Origin: Pirellulales bacterium
GTDB lineage: Bacteria; Planctomycetota; Planctomycetia; Pirellulales; PALSA-1355
Assembly (NCBI GenBank): GCA_963733035.1
Contig: CAVTBU010000005.1
Span: 2,272,001-2,336,000, forward strand
Reading direction: 5' to 3'
DNA length: 64,000 nt
This document shows positions 1 through 11,103 of the stretch, one piece after another (the stretch's first letter is position 1; each line of letters begins with the position of its first letter). The position numbers and the translations under genes were made by a program. The notes under the pieces were generated by a model. That model was not told where the DNA came from, searched no databases, and saw nothing but the letters and a program-made list of their open reading frames with translations.

Positions 1-562
1 CGCGCTGTTCGGCGTGGGAGCCTTCGTGTATTTCGCCGGCATGGGCGAAAGCGTCCTGGCCGCCTCCTGCACATTGGCCATCATGACCCTGCCGGTAATT
101 ATCACCAGCACCAAGGAAGCTCTGGCCAGCGTGCCGATGACGTTCCGCGAAGCCTGCTGGAACATGGGCGCCAGCCGCTGGCAGACCATCCGCACAATCG
201 TGCTGCCCAATTCGATCAGCGGAATTCTCACCGGCGTGATTCTGCAAGTCTCGCGGGCGGCAGGCGAAACGGCGCCGATTCTGTTTACTGGCGCGGCGCT
301 CTACCTGAATGTGCCCAGCAAGGGCCTTCGCTCCTTCCTTCCCTACTCGCTCAACGATAGCTGCATGGCGCTCTCTTATCACCTGCACGTCATGCTCACG
401 CAGGTCAACGGAGCCACGCCCGAACAAATCGCGTCGGGCGAATCCCTGCCGCTGGAACACCTGCAATACGGCACCGCCGTGGTGCTGATCGGGCTGGTGC
501 TGGCGGTCAACAGCGTGTCGATCGCGTTGCGTTTTTATTTGCGATCGCGCAAGAAATGGTAA
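1..562 (+). CDS. pstA: Phosphate ABC transporter permease PstA (5' end outside window)
   Basis: EAA loop (REACWNMGASRWQTIRTIVLP), RAAGETAP motif; lies upstream of pstB-pstB-phoU. Confidence 0.9.
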   Translation, partial: ALFGVGAFVYFAGMGESVLAASCTLAIMTLPVIITSTKEALASVPMTFREACWNMGASRWQTIRTIVLPNSISGILTGVILQVSRAAGETAPILFTGAALYLNVPSKGLRSFLPYSLNDSCMALSYHLHVMLTQVNGATPEQIASGESLPLEHLQYGTAVVLIGLVLAVNSVSIALRFYLRSRKKW

Positions 563-565
563 CGC

Positions 566-1321
566 ATGGCAGCCGTCGGCATTCAGATTCGTGACCTCTC
601 GGTCAGTTATGCTGGCAAGCCGGCTTTGCGCGGCGTGTCGCTCGACATTCCGGCGAACCAGATCTTCGGCATCATCGGCCCTGCCAATTCCGGCAAGACC
701 ACGCTGCTCAAGTGCATCAACCGCACGATCGACTTCATCGGCATCGCCAACGTCGACGGACAGGTGTCTGTGGGCCAGCAGGATGTCCGCCGCATCGGCA
801 ATGTGTACGACCTGCGGCGTCGGATCGGCATGGTATTTCCGCTCCCTGTCGGCTTGCCCATGTCGATCTACGACAACGTGGCTTACGGTCCGCGGATGGC
901 CGGCGTGCGGCACCGTGGCGAACTCGATGTGTTGGTCGAGCGCTGCCTGACGCAGGCGGCGCTGTGGGACGAAGTGAAAGACCGGCTCGAGATGCTGGGC
1001 ACCAAACTTTCGGGCGGCCAGCAGCAGCGACTCACCCTGGCCCGGGCGCTGTCGCTCGAACCCGATATTCTGTGCCTTGACGAGTTTTCGATTGCCATCG
1101 ATCCGGTGACAACGATGAAGATCGAGGAGGTGCTGTTGGAATTGTCGCGCGAGATGACCATCGTGTTGGTGACAAACCTGGTGCAACAGGCACGACGATT
1201 GGCGCAGATGACTGCCTTTTTCAATAATTCACATCTGGTGGAGGTGGGCGAAACCAAGCAGATGTTCACCAAGCCGAGCCAGAAGCTTACCTACGACTAC
1301 GTGACGGGAAACATCGGCTGA
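566..1321 (+). CDS. pstB: Phosphate ABC transporter ATP-binding protein (H-switch altered)
   Basis: Walker A GPANSGKT, GMVF, SIYDNVAYG, LSGGQQQRL, LCLDE; VTNL in place of VTH. Confidence 0.88.
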   Translation: MAAVGIQIRDLSVSYAGKPALRGVSLDIPANQIFGIIGPANSGKTTLLKCINRTIDFIGIANVDGQVSVGQQDVRRIGNVYDLRRRIGMVFPLPVGLPMSIYDNVAYGPRMAGVRHRGELDVLVERCLTQAALWDEVKDRLEMLGTKLSGGQQQRLTLARALSLEPDILCLDEFSIAIDPVTTMKIEEVLLELSREMTIVLVTNLVQQARRLAQMTAFFNNSHLVEVGETKQMFTKPSQKLTYDYVTGNIG

Positions 1322-2103
1322 TGCAAGCTCCCGCCCAGGCCGGCTACAGCATCGAAACGAAGGACCTGAATCTCTGGTACGGAGATTTTCAGGCCCTTAA
1401 GCAGATCAACGTGAACATTCGCTCGGCTTGCGTCACTTCGCTGATCGGCCCCTCGGGCTGCGGCAAGACGAGCCTGCTGCGGTGCTTCAACCGCATCAAC
1501 GAACGCTACGGCAACGTTCGCACGACGGGTCAGATCTCGATCCTCGAGAAAAACGTCTACGACGAGGACGTCTCGCTCTCGGAACTCCGCAAGACCGTGG
1601 GAATGGTCTTTCAGCGCCCCAACCCGCTGCCGATTTCGATCTATGAAAACGTCCTGTTCGGCCTGCGGGTGCATACGAGGCGCGACGCAATCACCAAGCG
1701 CGAGCGCGATGCCCTGGTCGAGTCGGCGTTGAGCGACGTGTTTCTGTGGAAGGACGTCAAAGATAAGCTCTCAAGCAAGGCCACGCTGCTCACGCTCGAA
1801 CAGCAGCAGAAGCTATGCATCGCCCGGTTGCTGCCGCTCAAGCCGCGGGTAATTCTGATGGACGAACCTTGCTCGGCACTCGACGCCGAGGGGACGCAGG
1901 CCATCGAGACGCTGGTCGACACACTCAAACAAAAGTACACGATCGTGATCGTGACACACAACATGGGGCAGGCCGCCCGGGCCAGTGAAGAGTGCATCTA
2001 TATGCTGCTGGGCGAAGTGATCGAACACGGCAAGACGCAGGACATCTTCCTCAATCCACAGCGGAAAGAGACGGAGATGTACATCGAAGGCCGCTACGGC
2101 TAG
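1321..2103 (+). CDS. pstB: Phosphate ABC transporter ATP-binding protein (degenerate signature)
   Basis: GPSGCGKT, VGMVFQRPNP, LMDEPCSALD, VTHNM, YIEGRYG end; signature reads LTLEQQQKL. Confidence 0.9.
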   Translation: MQAPAQAGYSIETKDLNLWYGDFQALKQINVNIRSACVTSLIGPSGCGKTSLLRCFNRINERYGNVRTTGQISILEKNVYDEDVSLSELRKTVGMVFQRPNPLPISIYENVLFGLRVHTRRDAITKRERDALVESALSDVFLWKDVKDKLSSKATLLTLEQQQKLCIARLLPLKPRVILMDEPCSALDAEGTQAIETLVDTLKQKYTIVIVTHNMGQAARASEECIYMLLGEVIEHGKTQDIFLNPQRKETEMYIEGRYG

Positions 2104-2255
2104 TCGGCCGCCCCCTCCGCCCGCGACTCCGCCGCGAGACGGTTGCCCGGATCTCCCCCTGCGCGAAAGCACTTCGGCACCCACTCTTTACAGAACCCAT
2201 CTGGTCGGCGAGACTTGATGCATCGGATAGCGACAGCTCATCGCCGAGACGGATC

Positions 2256-2916
2256 ATGGCCAAACAACTCCCGCGTCAGATCGATGCGCTCAAACAGAAG
2301 ATCCTCTTTGTCGGCACCTTGGTCGAGGAGGCGATTGCCCGGGCCGTTCAGGCCCTCAATACTCGGGATCGCAACATGGCCCAGGCCGTCATCGATTCCG
2401 ACTCGGAGATCGATCGTATGGAGGTCGACGTCGAAGAGGAATGCCTGAAGGTCTTGGCACTTTACCAACCGGTGGCGGCCGACTTACGGTTTGTGGTGGC
2501 CGTGCTCAAGATCAACAACGATCTGGAACGAATGGGTGACCTGGCCCGCAACATCGCCAAGCGAGTCGTATTCCTGGCCGACTACGAACTACAGGAAGCG
2601 CCGGTCGATTACCGACCGATGGCGGCGCAAGTGAAGTCGATGGTCAAAAAAAGCCTTGATGCCCTGGTCAACTCCGACACGGCGCTGACCGCAAGAAGTC
2701 CGGGACGATGACGATAATGTGGACAACCAGCGCCGCACCATTGAGCGGCAAATCGAGGCCCAAATCGCCAAGTGGCCGGATCGCACCGAAGGTTTGCTAC
2801 GTCTCTCGTCCGTGGCCCGGCACCTGGAGCGAATCGCCGACATGGCCACGAACATCGCCGAAGACGTGATCTACATGGTCGAAGGCGAGATTGTGCGGCA
2901 TCATTTCAACGAGTAG
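2256..2916 (+). CDS. phoU: Phosphate signalling protein PhoU (frameshift near 2690)
   Basis: QPVAADLR, DLERMGDLARNIA, then LERIADMATNIAEDVIYMVEG in another frame. Confidence 0.9.
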
Positions 2917-2992
2917 CGTGGATCCTGACGGCAAGCTCGGCGAGAAAATCGCCGACATGACCCCAATACGCAGAAGTCGGAGCCCCTAGATC

Positions 2993-3847
2993 ATGAAGCT
3001 CCACCGCGGCTGCGACGTTCTCCCCGATCGTACCGGACTTGTGTGCCGCCAGTCTCGCATCGGCGGCGCAATCCAGACCTTGATATTCGGCGCCGCGTTT
3101 GGCGGCAGTCCAATCCTACAGTGGTGGCTCGGAGCACCGCTGGTCTTTCCCATCATCTTCGCTCTGGTCGCGGTGATAATTGTGCCGCTTCTTCTGGGAG
3201 ACGCGCGGGCCCGCTTTCGTACAACGAATTGGGTGCTGTGGATACGTCCCCGCGGCTTGTGGATCAACCTGCGGTCCTATCAAGATCGCAGCTCGCAGGA
3301 GACCTTGAGCGTCGTCGAGCTGACTGATAGCGAGATCGAACACGTGCAGCGGCGAACCGAGCGTTACACGGCACCGACCATGAGCGGCAGCACGGTCTCG
3401 TACAAACTTGAGTCGCTCGATATCAAGCTGCACGAGTCAGACACCGGTCAATTGGCGGCGGCACTCGCAGCCTGCCGCCGCGCCAAGCAACCGTGGACCA
3501 AACAATTGGGCTTCATGACGTCGAAGTCGGGGGTAACTCTCTACAGCGTCTCACTGCCTGCCGCCGATCGGATCCGCATTGCCTGGTGGGGCGGACGCGG
3601 TCACGGCATCACGCCCAGCTTGCGTCGCGTGTTGGAAAAACTCGAGTACCGCATGTCAGTGGCGGAACCGACTGACGACAAACGGCCGGATTGGCGGGAG
3701 ATTCCCGACGCCCAACTCGACGATGAGATCCTCTCGCTCGTCGGCGCGGGCAACCGCATCGATGCCATCAAACTGCTTGAAAACCGCCGCGACATGTCGA
3801 CCACCGAAGCCCACCAGTTCATCGAAGAACTGGCGGGCCGTGTGTAA
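2993..3847 (+). CDS. Hypothetical membrane protein with C-terminal L7/L12-like helical motif
   Basis: Two N-terminal TM segments; C-terminal IDAIKLLENRRDMSTTEAHQFIE. Confidence 0.6.
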   Translation: MKLHRGCDVLPDRTGLVCRQSRIGGAIQTLIFGAAFGGSPILQWWLGAPLVFPIIFALVAVIIVPLLLGDARARFRTTNWVLWIRPRGLWINLRSYQDRSSQETLSVVELTDSEIEHVQRRTERYTAPTMSGSTVSYKLESLDIKLHESDTGQLAAALAACRRAKQPWTKQLGFMTSKSGVTLYSVSLPAADRIRIAWWGGRGHGITPSLRRVLEKLEYRMSVAEPTDDKRPDWREIPDAQLDDEILSLVGAGNRIDAIKLLENRRDMSTTEAHQFIEELAGRV

Positions 3848-3851
3848 TCCT

Positions 3852-4344
3852 TCAGGGATGCATGACGCCGCAGACGGGTGGATCCCAACCAAGCTGATTT
3901 TGTCGGGCAACAATGGCATCGAACCGCTCGGCAATGTCGGCCGGCAGTGGCGCCATGCGCCGCTCGCGCATATCGATGTGGGCCCCGACATGCTCCTGGA
4001 TGGCGGCCAGCTTGTCGCTTTCGTCGATGGTCATGAAGTGCATGAAGTGGATCCGTTTCGCACTGCGCCCCAGGCAACGGCTGCGGATCGTCACGTTCCA
4101 GCCGATATGTACTTCCGACAAGTACCGCACATGGGTCTCCAGCGCAAAGCTCCCTTTCATGTTCGCGCGGAAGTACGCCTCGTTGAATCCAAACGCATCA
4201 GCGAACTTCTCAAATGCACAACTAAACAGGTGCGTGTACCACATGACGTTCATGTGCCCCATCTCGTCGCGATAATCCGACGGAATCTGCGCGGTACGTT
4301 ATCGGCAAGCCGCTCAAGTCGAGCGGCGGTATCTTCTCGGCCAT
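3852..4344 (-). CDS. Hotdog-fold acyl-CoA thioesterase (frameshift near 4288)
   Basis: DEMGHMNVMWY motif; N-terminus MAEKIPPLDLSGLPITYR lies in an adjacent frame. Confidence 0.8.
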
Positions 4345-4490
4345 CAATCCCCCCAAAAAACAACCGCTATTCCGGTAAGCCCAAGGGACGCTTTCCCTGG
4401 AAACGGATCGCAACCAGTAGCACCAACCAAGCTCCAAAACGCCGTCGGCGATGCCTTCGGCCTAAACGATCTTTGGCGACGAACTCGCGG

Positions 4491-6610
4491 CTACTCCTTC
4501 GACTTGTCAAAGTCGGCGAAGGTCTTGCCGCCTTCGGCCAGTTCCTTGAGCAGCGGCGAGGGAGCCCACAAGCTGCCGTGCTGCTTTTCGAATTCGCACA
4601 CGCGATCGTTAACCTTTTTCAAGCCCACCGTGTCGGCATACCACATCGGTCCGCCGCGCTGCGCGGGGAAGCCATAGCCGAGAATGTAGAGCATGTCGAT
4701 ATCCACCGCGCGTAGGGCGATTCCTTCGGCCAGAATATTCGCCCCTTCATTGACCAGGGCGTACAGTGTGCGGTCGAGAATCTCCTGGTCGGAGATCTCG
4801 CGGCGTTGGATGCCGGCCTTCGCCGATTCCTGCTCGATCAGGGCCTGCACCTCCGGATCGGGAATCGGGCGCGGGAGCCGGCTTCGTACCGGTACCAGCC
4901 CGCGCCAGTCTTCTGGCCGAAGCGGCCTTGCTCGCAAATCAAGTCGGCAATCAGCGGTTGGCGAATGCCTTTCGGTTCGAGGTGCTTGTACTCCTTGCGA
5001 ATCCGCCACCCGACGTCGAGTCCGGCCAGATCACCCACGGCCAAAGGCCCCATCGCCATGCCGAAATCGTACAGCACTTTGTCGACCTGCTCGACACGAG
5101 CCCCTTCTTCGAGCAGGAATTGCGCCTCGCGCATGTAGCAATGGAACATTCGGTTGCCGACAAAACCGCGGCAGTTACCCACCAAAATGCCAACTTTCTT
5201 GATCCGTTTGGCAATCGACATCGAGGTGGCGATGACGGTATCGCTCGACTCATTGCCGCGCACGATCTCCACCACCCGCATCACGTTGGCAGGGCTGAAA
5301 AAGTGATGGCCGATCACCTGCTTGGGCCGCGAGGTGGCGGAGGCAATCTCGTCGATGTTGAGCGTCGAAGTGTTACTCGCCAAAATCGCCTCCGGCCTGG
5401 TCACTTTCTCGAGTTCGGCAAACACCTTCTTCTTCAGGGACATCTCTTCAAACACGGCCTCAACCACGATGTCCGCTTCCTTGAATTTGTCGTAGCTGGT
5501 CGTCGGCTCGATCAGCGCCATCCGCTCGTCCATTTCCTTTTGCGTCAAGCGGCCCTTGGAGACCGTGGCCGAGTAGTTCTTTTTGATGATCGCCAGACCC
5601 TTGTCGAGCGCCTCTTGCGAGATCTCTTTGAACAGCACAGGGATCCCGGCATTGGCATAGTTCATCGTGATGCCGCCTCCCATTGTGCCACCGCCGACCA
5701 CCGCGGCCCGTTTGATCTCGAGCTGGGGCGTATCCTTGGCAATGCCCGGAATCTTGGCCACGGCCCGTTCACCAAAGAACACGTGGATCATGGCCTTCGA
5801 TTGATCCGAGAACAGGCATTCCTTGAACAACTCCTGTTCCTTGGCCAGGCCTTCCTCAAAGGGCAGCTTCGTGGCGGCTTCGACCGCTTCGATGGCTTTG
5901 ACCGGAGCCAGCAGTCCGCGCGATCGCTTCTTGACGGCATCGCGAATGACCGCCAGGGCCTTGTCGTTCTCGGCCTGGTTGGAGATCTTGTCCGTTTGCT
6001 CGCATGTGCGGCGCGGCGGTTGACCCATTTTTTCACGAGCGAAAGCCACGGCACCGGCCAACAGGTCGCCGTCGATCAGCTTATCGACGATGCCGGCTTC
6101 CAGCGCTTTGGGTGCGGGCACCGGATTACCAAAGGCGCACATCTCGGCCGCCACGGCGACACCAGCCAACCGCGGCAAACGCTGCGTGCCGCCGGCGCCG
6201 GGAATGATGCCCAGCTTACATTCAGGTTGACCGACCAGCGCCTGGGGCACGGCCACGCGATAGTGACAGGCCATTGCCGTTTCCAAACCGCCGCCAAACG
6301 CCGTGCCGTGAATCGCCGCCACGATCGGCTTCGGGCAATTCTCAACCATCGCCAGGATTGGATTGAAGCCCACACCCCGTTCCTTCTTTCCGCTGGTCAT
6401 CTTGCCGAACTCTTTGATGTCGGCTCCGGCGATGAAGGTGCGCCCGCCGCCGATCAGCACCATCGCCTTGACCGAATCGTCGGCAGCAGCTGCTTCGACC
6501 GATTCTTTTATTCCTTCGGGCACGCCGGGGCTGAGAGCGTTGACCGGCGGGTTGTTGATCGTAATGACGGCCACATCGCCGTCCTTGGTAAGGTTCACCA
6601 GGTCGCTCAT
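4491..6610 (-). CDS. Enoyl-CoA hydratase / 3-hydroxyacyl-CoA dehydrogenase multifunctional protein (frameshift near 4870)
   Basis: NNPPVNAL, GGGLE, PGAGGTQRLPRL, GGGTMGGGI, ASNTSTL, HFFSPAN; C-terminal GYGFPAQRGGPM in a second frame. Confidence 0.92.
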
Positions 6611-6719
6611 GGGAAGGTCCTTGAGTTGGAAGGATGAAGGCAGACGGTTGAAGGATGAAACTTCCTACGCTTCGCGCCTTCGCTGCTATGGTTCGTTTCT
6701 AACTGCTACTTGTCGTAGA

Positions 6720-7709
6720 TCATTCGACGGGGCGGCGCTGGATAAAGGCGGCAATGTGCTCGGCAATTTCTTCGCCTTTGTCTTCCTGCAAAAAGTGGCC
6801 GGCATCGCGAATGGTGATTTCCGGTTCGTTCTTGGCCGAGGGAATCAACTCCCGAAAGTACTTGTCGCCGCCGACGGTAACGGGATCCTTGTCGCTAAAC
6901 ATGATCAAAGCCGGCTTGGTCCACTCTGTGAGCGAGGCGGCCGCCTTGCGCATGGCGGGCAGGGCCTCCGCATCCTCGGAAATCGGCACCAACAGCGGGA
7001 ACTGCAGCGCTCCGCCTTTGTAGCTTAAATCCGGAAACGGCGCGTTATAGGCAGCCAGCACCTCCGGCGTCAACTTCGTGACGGTCGCACCATCAATCAC
7101 CCGGCCAATGTCCATATCCTGTGCCCGCTCGGCAAAGTTACGCCAGGCCATGAAGCCCGGCGACAGCGGCTTGCCGCTCACCGGGAGGCCCGTGTTCATG
7201 ATTACCAGCCGTGCAAACCGCTCGGGCTTTTCCATGGCGACTGGAATGCCCAGCAGTCCGCCCCAATCTTGACAGACAAGCGTGACTCGCTTGAGGTCGA
7301 GCCTTTCGACAAACGCGGCCAGTGCGTCGTGATGCAGCGCGTACGTGTAGGGCTCCTTGCCAACCGGCTTGTCGCTTCGCCCAAATCCGATCAGATCGAC
7401 CGCGATCACCCGCCCTTGCTTCGAGAGCGTGGGAATCATCTTGCGGTAGAGATAGCTCCAAGAGGGTTCGCCGTGGACGCAAAGGATCGGATCCCCCGCT
7501 CCTTCTTCGACGTAGTGCATCCGCAAGCCGTCCGACACGTCGACGTAGTGTGGCGGGTAGGGAAAGTCCGGCAGGTTAGCAAATCGCTCATCAGGAGTTC
7601 GCAACGTTTTCATGGCGGTGGCTCCAGAAGTTTGCGGCTGACTGGATTGGGCCGCGGTGTCGACGATCAACAGGCAGACAACGGTACAAGCGAACTGATA
7701 TCCCTGCAT
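6720..7709 (-). CDS. Haloalkane dehalogenase family alpha/beta hydrolase (alternative start at 7613)
   Basis: LRTPDERF, HGEPSWSYLYRKM, GFGRSDKP, QDWGG nucleophile, AGHFLQEDKG. Confidence 0.88.
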   Translation of the reverse strand: MQGYQFACTVVCLLIVDTAAQSSQPQTSGATAMKTLRTPDERFANLPDFPYPPHYVDVSDGLRMHYVEEGAGDPILCVHGEPSWSYLYRKMIPTLSKQGRVIAVDLIGFGRSDKPVGKEPYTYALHHDALAAFVERLDLKRVTLVCQDWGGLLGIPVAMEKPERFARLVIMNTGLPVSGKPLSPGFMAWRNFAERAQDMDIGRVIDGATVTKLTPEVLAAYNAPFPDLSYKGGALQFPLLVPISEDAEALPAMRKAAASLTEWTKPALIMFSDKDPVTVGGDKYFRELIPSAKNEPEITIRDAGHFLQEDKGEEIAEHIAAFIQRRPVE

Positions 7710-7767
7710 GTTTGCGGCCTTTTCATGCGCGCCAGCTCTTCCGGCGAAGGAGAGCGGGTGTCACCTC

Positions 7768-8958
7768 CTACAGGCAGGCCTCGAATAAGCCAGCGGCGCC
7801 CTGCCCGCCACCAATGCACATGGTCACCACGCCGTACTTCACCTTGCGGCGGAGCATTTCGTTGGCAATCGTGCCGACCATTCGCGAGCCGGACATGCCG
7901 AACGGATGTCCAATCGAGATCGAACCGCCGTTGACGTTCAGCTTCTTGGGATCGATACCCAGGCGATCGCGGCAGTAGATCACCTGCACCGCAAACGCTT
8001 CGTTGAGCTCCCACAAACCGATGTCGTCGACCTTCAAGCCGTTCCGCTCAAGCAGCTTGGGCACGGCGTATGCCGGTCCGATGCCCATTTCGTCTGGCTC
8101 GCAGCCTGCGACCTGGAAGCCGCGAAATATCAGCTTCGGTTTGATGCCCAGCTTTTCCGCCTTTTCCCGCGACATCAGCATGCACACGCTGGCGCCGTCG
8201 GACATTTGCGAGGCGTTGCCCGCCGTGACCGAACCCTGCCCGCTGTCGGGATCGAAGTACGGCTTCAACTTCAGCAGTCCTTCGAGGGTCGTGTCCGGCC
8301 GATTGCATTCGTCTTTGGTGATCGTGTGCTCCTCGGTACTACCGACTTTGCCGGTCGCCTTGTCGATGATGCCGCGGGTCACCGTCATCGGCGCCAGCTC
8401 CTCGTCGAGGTAACCTTCGGCTTGCGCCACGGCCGTGCGCTGCTGGCTCAGTAGGGAATATTCGTCCTGCGCTTCACGGCTGATCTTGTACCGCTTGGCC
8501 ACCACTTCCGCCGTATCGCCCATCACCATGTAGATGCCGGGCTTGCGCTCTTGCACGACTGGATTCGGTTCCCCCTTGCGACCGGCAATGGCGGTGATGC
8601 TTTCGACGCCGCCGGCCAAGGCCACGTCAACCCCTTCGTTCTGGATCAGGTGCGAGGCCATCGTCACAGCCTGCAAGCCCGATGAACAAAAGCGATTGAT
8701 CGTGCAACCGGCCACGGTCACCGGCAGCCCAGCGCGAATCGCCGCCACGCGGGCCACGTTCATGCCCTGCGTGTGTTCGGGATTGGCACAGCCCATGTAG
8801 ATGTCTTCGATTTCGGCCGGATCCAGATCGGGCACCTTTTTCAGCACGTCCGTGATGCAGTGCGCGGCCAGGTCATCGGGCCGAGTGAGATTGAACGAGC
8901 CGCGAAAACTTTTGGCCAGCGGCGTCCGCGAATGGGCAACCACAACGGCTTCTCTCAT
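7768..8958 (-). CDS. Acetyl-CoA C-acyltransferase (thiolase)
   Basis: NRFCSSG, NEAFA, GHPFGMSG, CIGGGQG. Confidence 0.95.
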   Translation of the reverse strand: MREAVVVAHSRTPLAKSFRGSFNLTRPDDLAAHCITDVLKKVPDLDPAEIEDIYMGCANPEHTQGMNVARVAAIRAGLPVTVAGCTINRFCSSGLQAVTMASHLIQNEGVDVALAGGVESITAIAGRKGEPNPVVQERKPGIYMVMGDTAEVVAKRYKISREAQDEYSLLSQQRTAVAQAEGYLDEELAPMTVTRGIIDKATGKVGSTEEHTITKDECNRPDTTLEGLLKLKPYFDPDSGQGSVTAGNASQMSDGASVCMLMSREKAEKLGIKPKLIFRGFQVAGCEPDEMGIGPAYAVPKLLERNGLKVDDIGLWELNEAFAVQVIYCRDRLGIDPKKLNVNGGSISIGHPFGMSGSRMVGTIANEMLRRKVKYGVVTMCIGGGQGAAGLFEACL

Positions 8959-9443
8959 CGGTCGATCTCCTGAAAAACGGGTCCACGCTCGCCCTCGCTC
9001 GGCACACCGAACGGGGAGAAAGCTGGGCGGTGTAGAATGAAGTGATGTTGGGTAACGCTGCGTGCGTGCGCCGCCAAGCCGGAGTGGTCGAGACTCGTGC
9101 CGCCCCCCTTTTTCCGGCTGAAATGCGTCCCTGATTGGCGCCTACCGTCCGTTCGGTAGAATGTACACTGAAATACACCCGTTGGGAAGAGTGGTGGGAG
9201 AATTGGAAGCCTGACCGTGGCCGGCGGAAGGGGGGAGAGACGTATCCCGGCACAAGCGAGTTCCGGGTTCAACGCCATCGTCCAGGGAATGCCTTCCCTG
9301 GGAACCGTTCCGACTCATCGGCCGTGCGCTGCTCCAATTCGCTCGCCACCGTCCCACCACGTATGCTGATAAGCGCGCTCAGCGGGCAAATCACTTCCAA
9401 CTCGGGCGCTTCGTTGGTCCAGGCAAAGCGAGGAGAACCCGTC

Positions 9444-11012
9444 ATGCTGAATCTGGCTATCGTTCTCTCGGAGAACGCACGCCGCAACCGGGACCGTACG
9501 GCTGTCATCTGCGACGACCGGCGGCTGACGTATGGCCAGCTCGAAGAGCAGACTAGTCGTCTGGCTGGCTCTCTGGTCAAGCTCGGTGTGCATCATGGTC
9601 AAAAAATGCTGATCATGCTGCCGAACATTCCCGAGTTTGTCGTCAGCTATTTCGGCATCCTCAAGCCGGGCGGCGTCGTGGTACCGATCAACATCCTCTA
9701 CAAGGACCGCGAGATCGAGTTCCTCCTCGAAGACAGTGAAGCCATCGGCATCATCGCCTGCACCGAGTATCTTAGCGAAGCACTCGAAGCCTTCCGCAAC
9801 GTCGACACCTGCAAACACTTGATCCTGGTTGATTATCCCGAAGCCGCGCCAGACATCAGCGACGCCGGCGTGCATCGGATCGAAGATCTAATTCGCGCCG
9901 GCGAGCCGGAATTCGAAATCGCTGCCACTTCGCCCGACGAAACCGCGGCGATCGGCTACACCAGTGGCACAACCGGCAAGCCCAAGGGTGCCGAGCTCTC
10001 GCACTTCAATTTATTCTATCAAGCCCGCGTGCTGCCGATGCTGAGCACCGAGGTGCCGCGTGAAAGCGACGTGCGGATGGCCGTGTTGCCGCTGTTCCAT
10101 TCGTATGGTCAGTCGTGCGTGATGAACACGGTATTGGCAATGGCCAGCACGCTGACGCTGATGCCGCGATTTGATCCGGCCAAGGCGATGGAAATCATTC
10201 AACGCGACAAAGTGACGCACTTCGCCGCCGTGCCGACGATGTATCAGGCCATGTTGCATCACCCCGAGCGATCGAAGTACGACTTGAGTTCTCTCCGCGT
10301 CTGCAACAGCGGTGGGGCGCCGATCGCCATCGAAACGCTCCAGCAGTGGCGAACGGACTACGACTTTCATATTCGCGAGGGGTATGGACTGACTGAAACG
10401 TCTCCGACGGCCACTTGGAGCCAGGATCCAGTCGTGCCGCGCACGGGCTCCTGCGGCCAGCCAATTTGGGGCTGCCAAATAAAGATCGTCGACGACGACG
10501 GCAAGACGCTTCCACCGGGCAAAGATGGCGACGTGCTGATTCGCGGCGTCAATGTCATGAAAGGTTACTACAAGCAGCCCGAGGCGACCGCCCAGGTAAT
10601 CGAAAACGGCTGGTTTAATAGCGGCGATATCGGCCATCTCGACGAGGACGGCTACCTGTACATCGTGAGTCGCAAAAAAGACATGATCCTGCGGGGCGGC
10701 TACAACATCTATCCCCGCGAGATCGAGGAATTACTCTACGAACATCCCGCTGTGGCCGAAGCGGCCGTCGTCGGAGTGAAGCACGAAGAGTTGGGTGAAG
10801 AAGTGAAAGCCGTGATCTATCTCAAACCCGGCTCGCACGCCACCGAAGCCGAACTACAAGCCTACTGCAAGGAACGGATCGCGGCCTTCAAGTACCCACG
10901 AATCATCGAAATTCGCGACCAGCCGCTGCCGAAGGGCCCCTCGGCCAAAATCCTCAAGCGCGAACTGATCGACCAACACGAACGAGCAAGGACGGCGACG
11001 GCGCACACTTGA
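9444..11012 (+). CDS. Long-chain fatty acid-CoA ligase
   Basis: YTSGTTGKPKG, EGYGLTE, SGDIG, RKKDMILRGGYNIYPREIE. Confidence 0.92.
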   Translation: MLNLAIVLSENARRNRDRTAVICDDRRLTYGQLEEQTSRLAGSLVKLGVHHGQKMLIMLPNIPEFVVSYFGILKPGGVVVPINILYKDREIEFLLEDSEAIGIIACTEYLSEALEAFRNVDTCKHLILVDYPEAAPDISDAGVHRIEDLIRAGEPEFEIAATSPDETAAIGYTSGTTGKPKGAELSHFNLFYQARVLPMLSTEVPRESDVRMAVLPLFHSYGQSCVMNTVLAMASTLTLMPRFDPAKAMEIIQRDKVTHFAAVPTMYQAMLHHPERSKYDLSSLRVCNSGGAPIAIETLQQWRTDYDFHIREGYGLTETSPTATWSQDPVVPRTGSCGQPIWGCQIKIVDDDGKTLPPGKDGDVLIRGVNVMKGYYKQPEATAQVIENGWFNSGDIGHLDEDGYLYIVSRKKDMILRGGYNIYPREIEELLYEHPAVAEAAVVGVKHEELGEEVKAVIYLKPGSHATEAELQAYCKERIAAFKYPRIIEIRDQPLPKGPSAKILKRELIDQHERARTATAHT

Positions 11013-11103
11013 GTGAAGGAAAGTGAAGGAAAAACACGCACGACACAGGCCGCGATTGTCTCTCGGACCAAACCTTCAACTAATGAACTAGGAGCAGCCA
11101 GCG

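Noticed and set aside
2256..2916. Programmed frameshifting or true pseudogenisation of phoU and other split genes
   Set aside because: No slippery heptamers seen; single indels in many unrelated genes are better explained by sequencing error.
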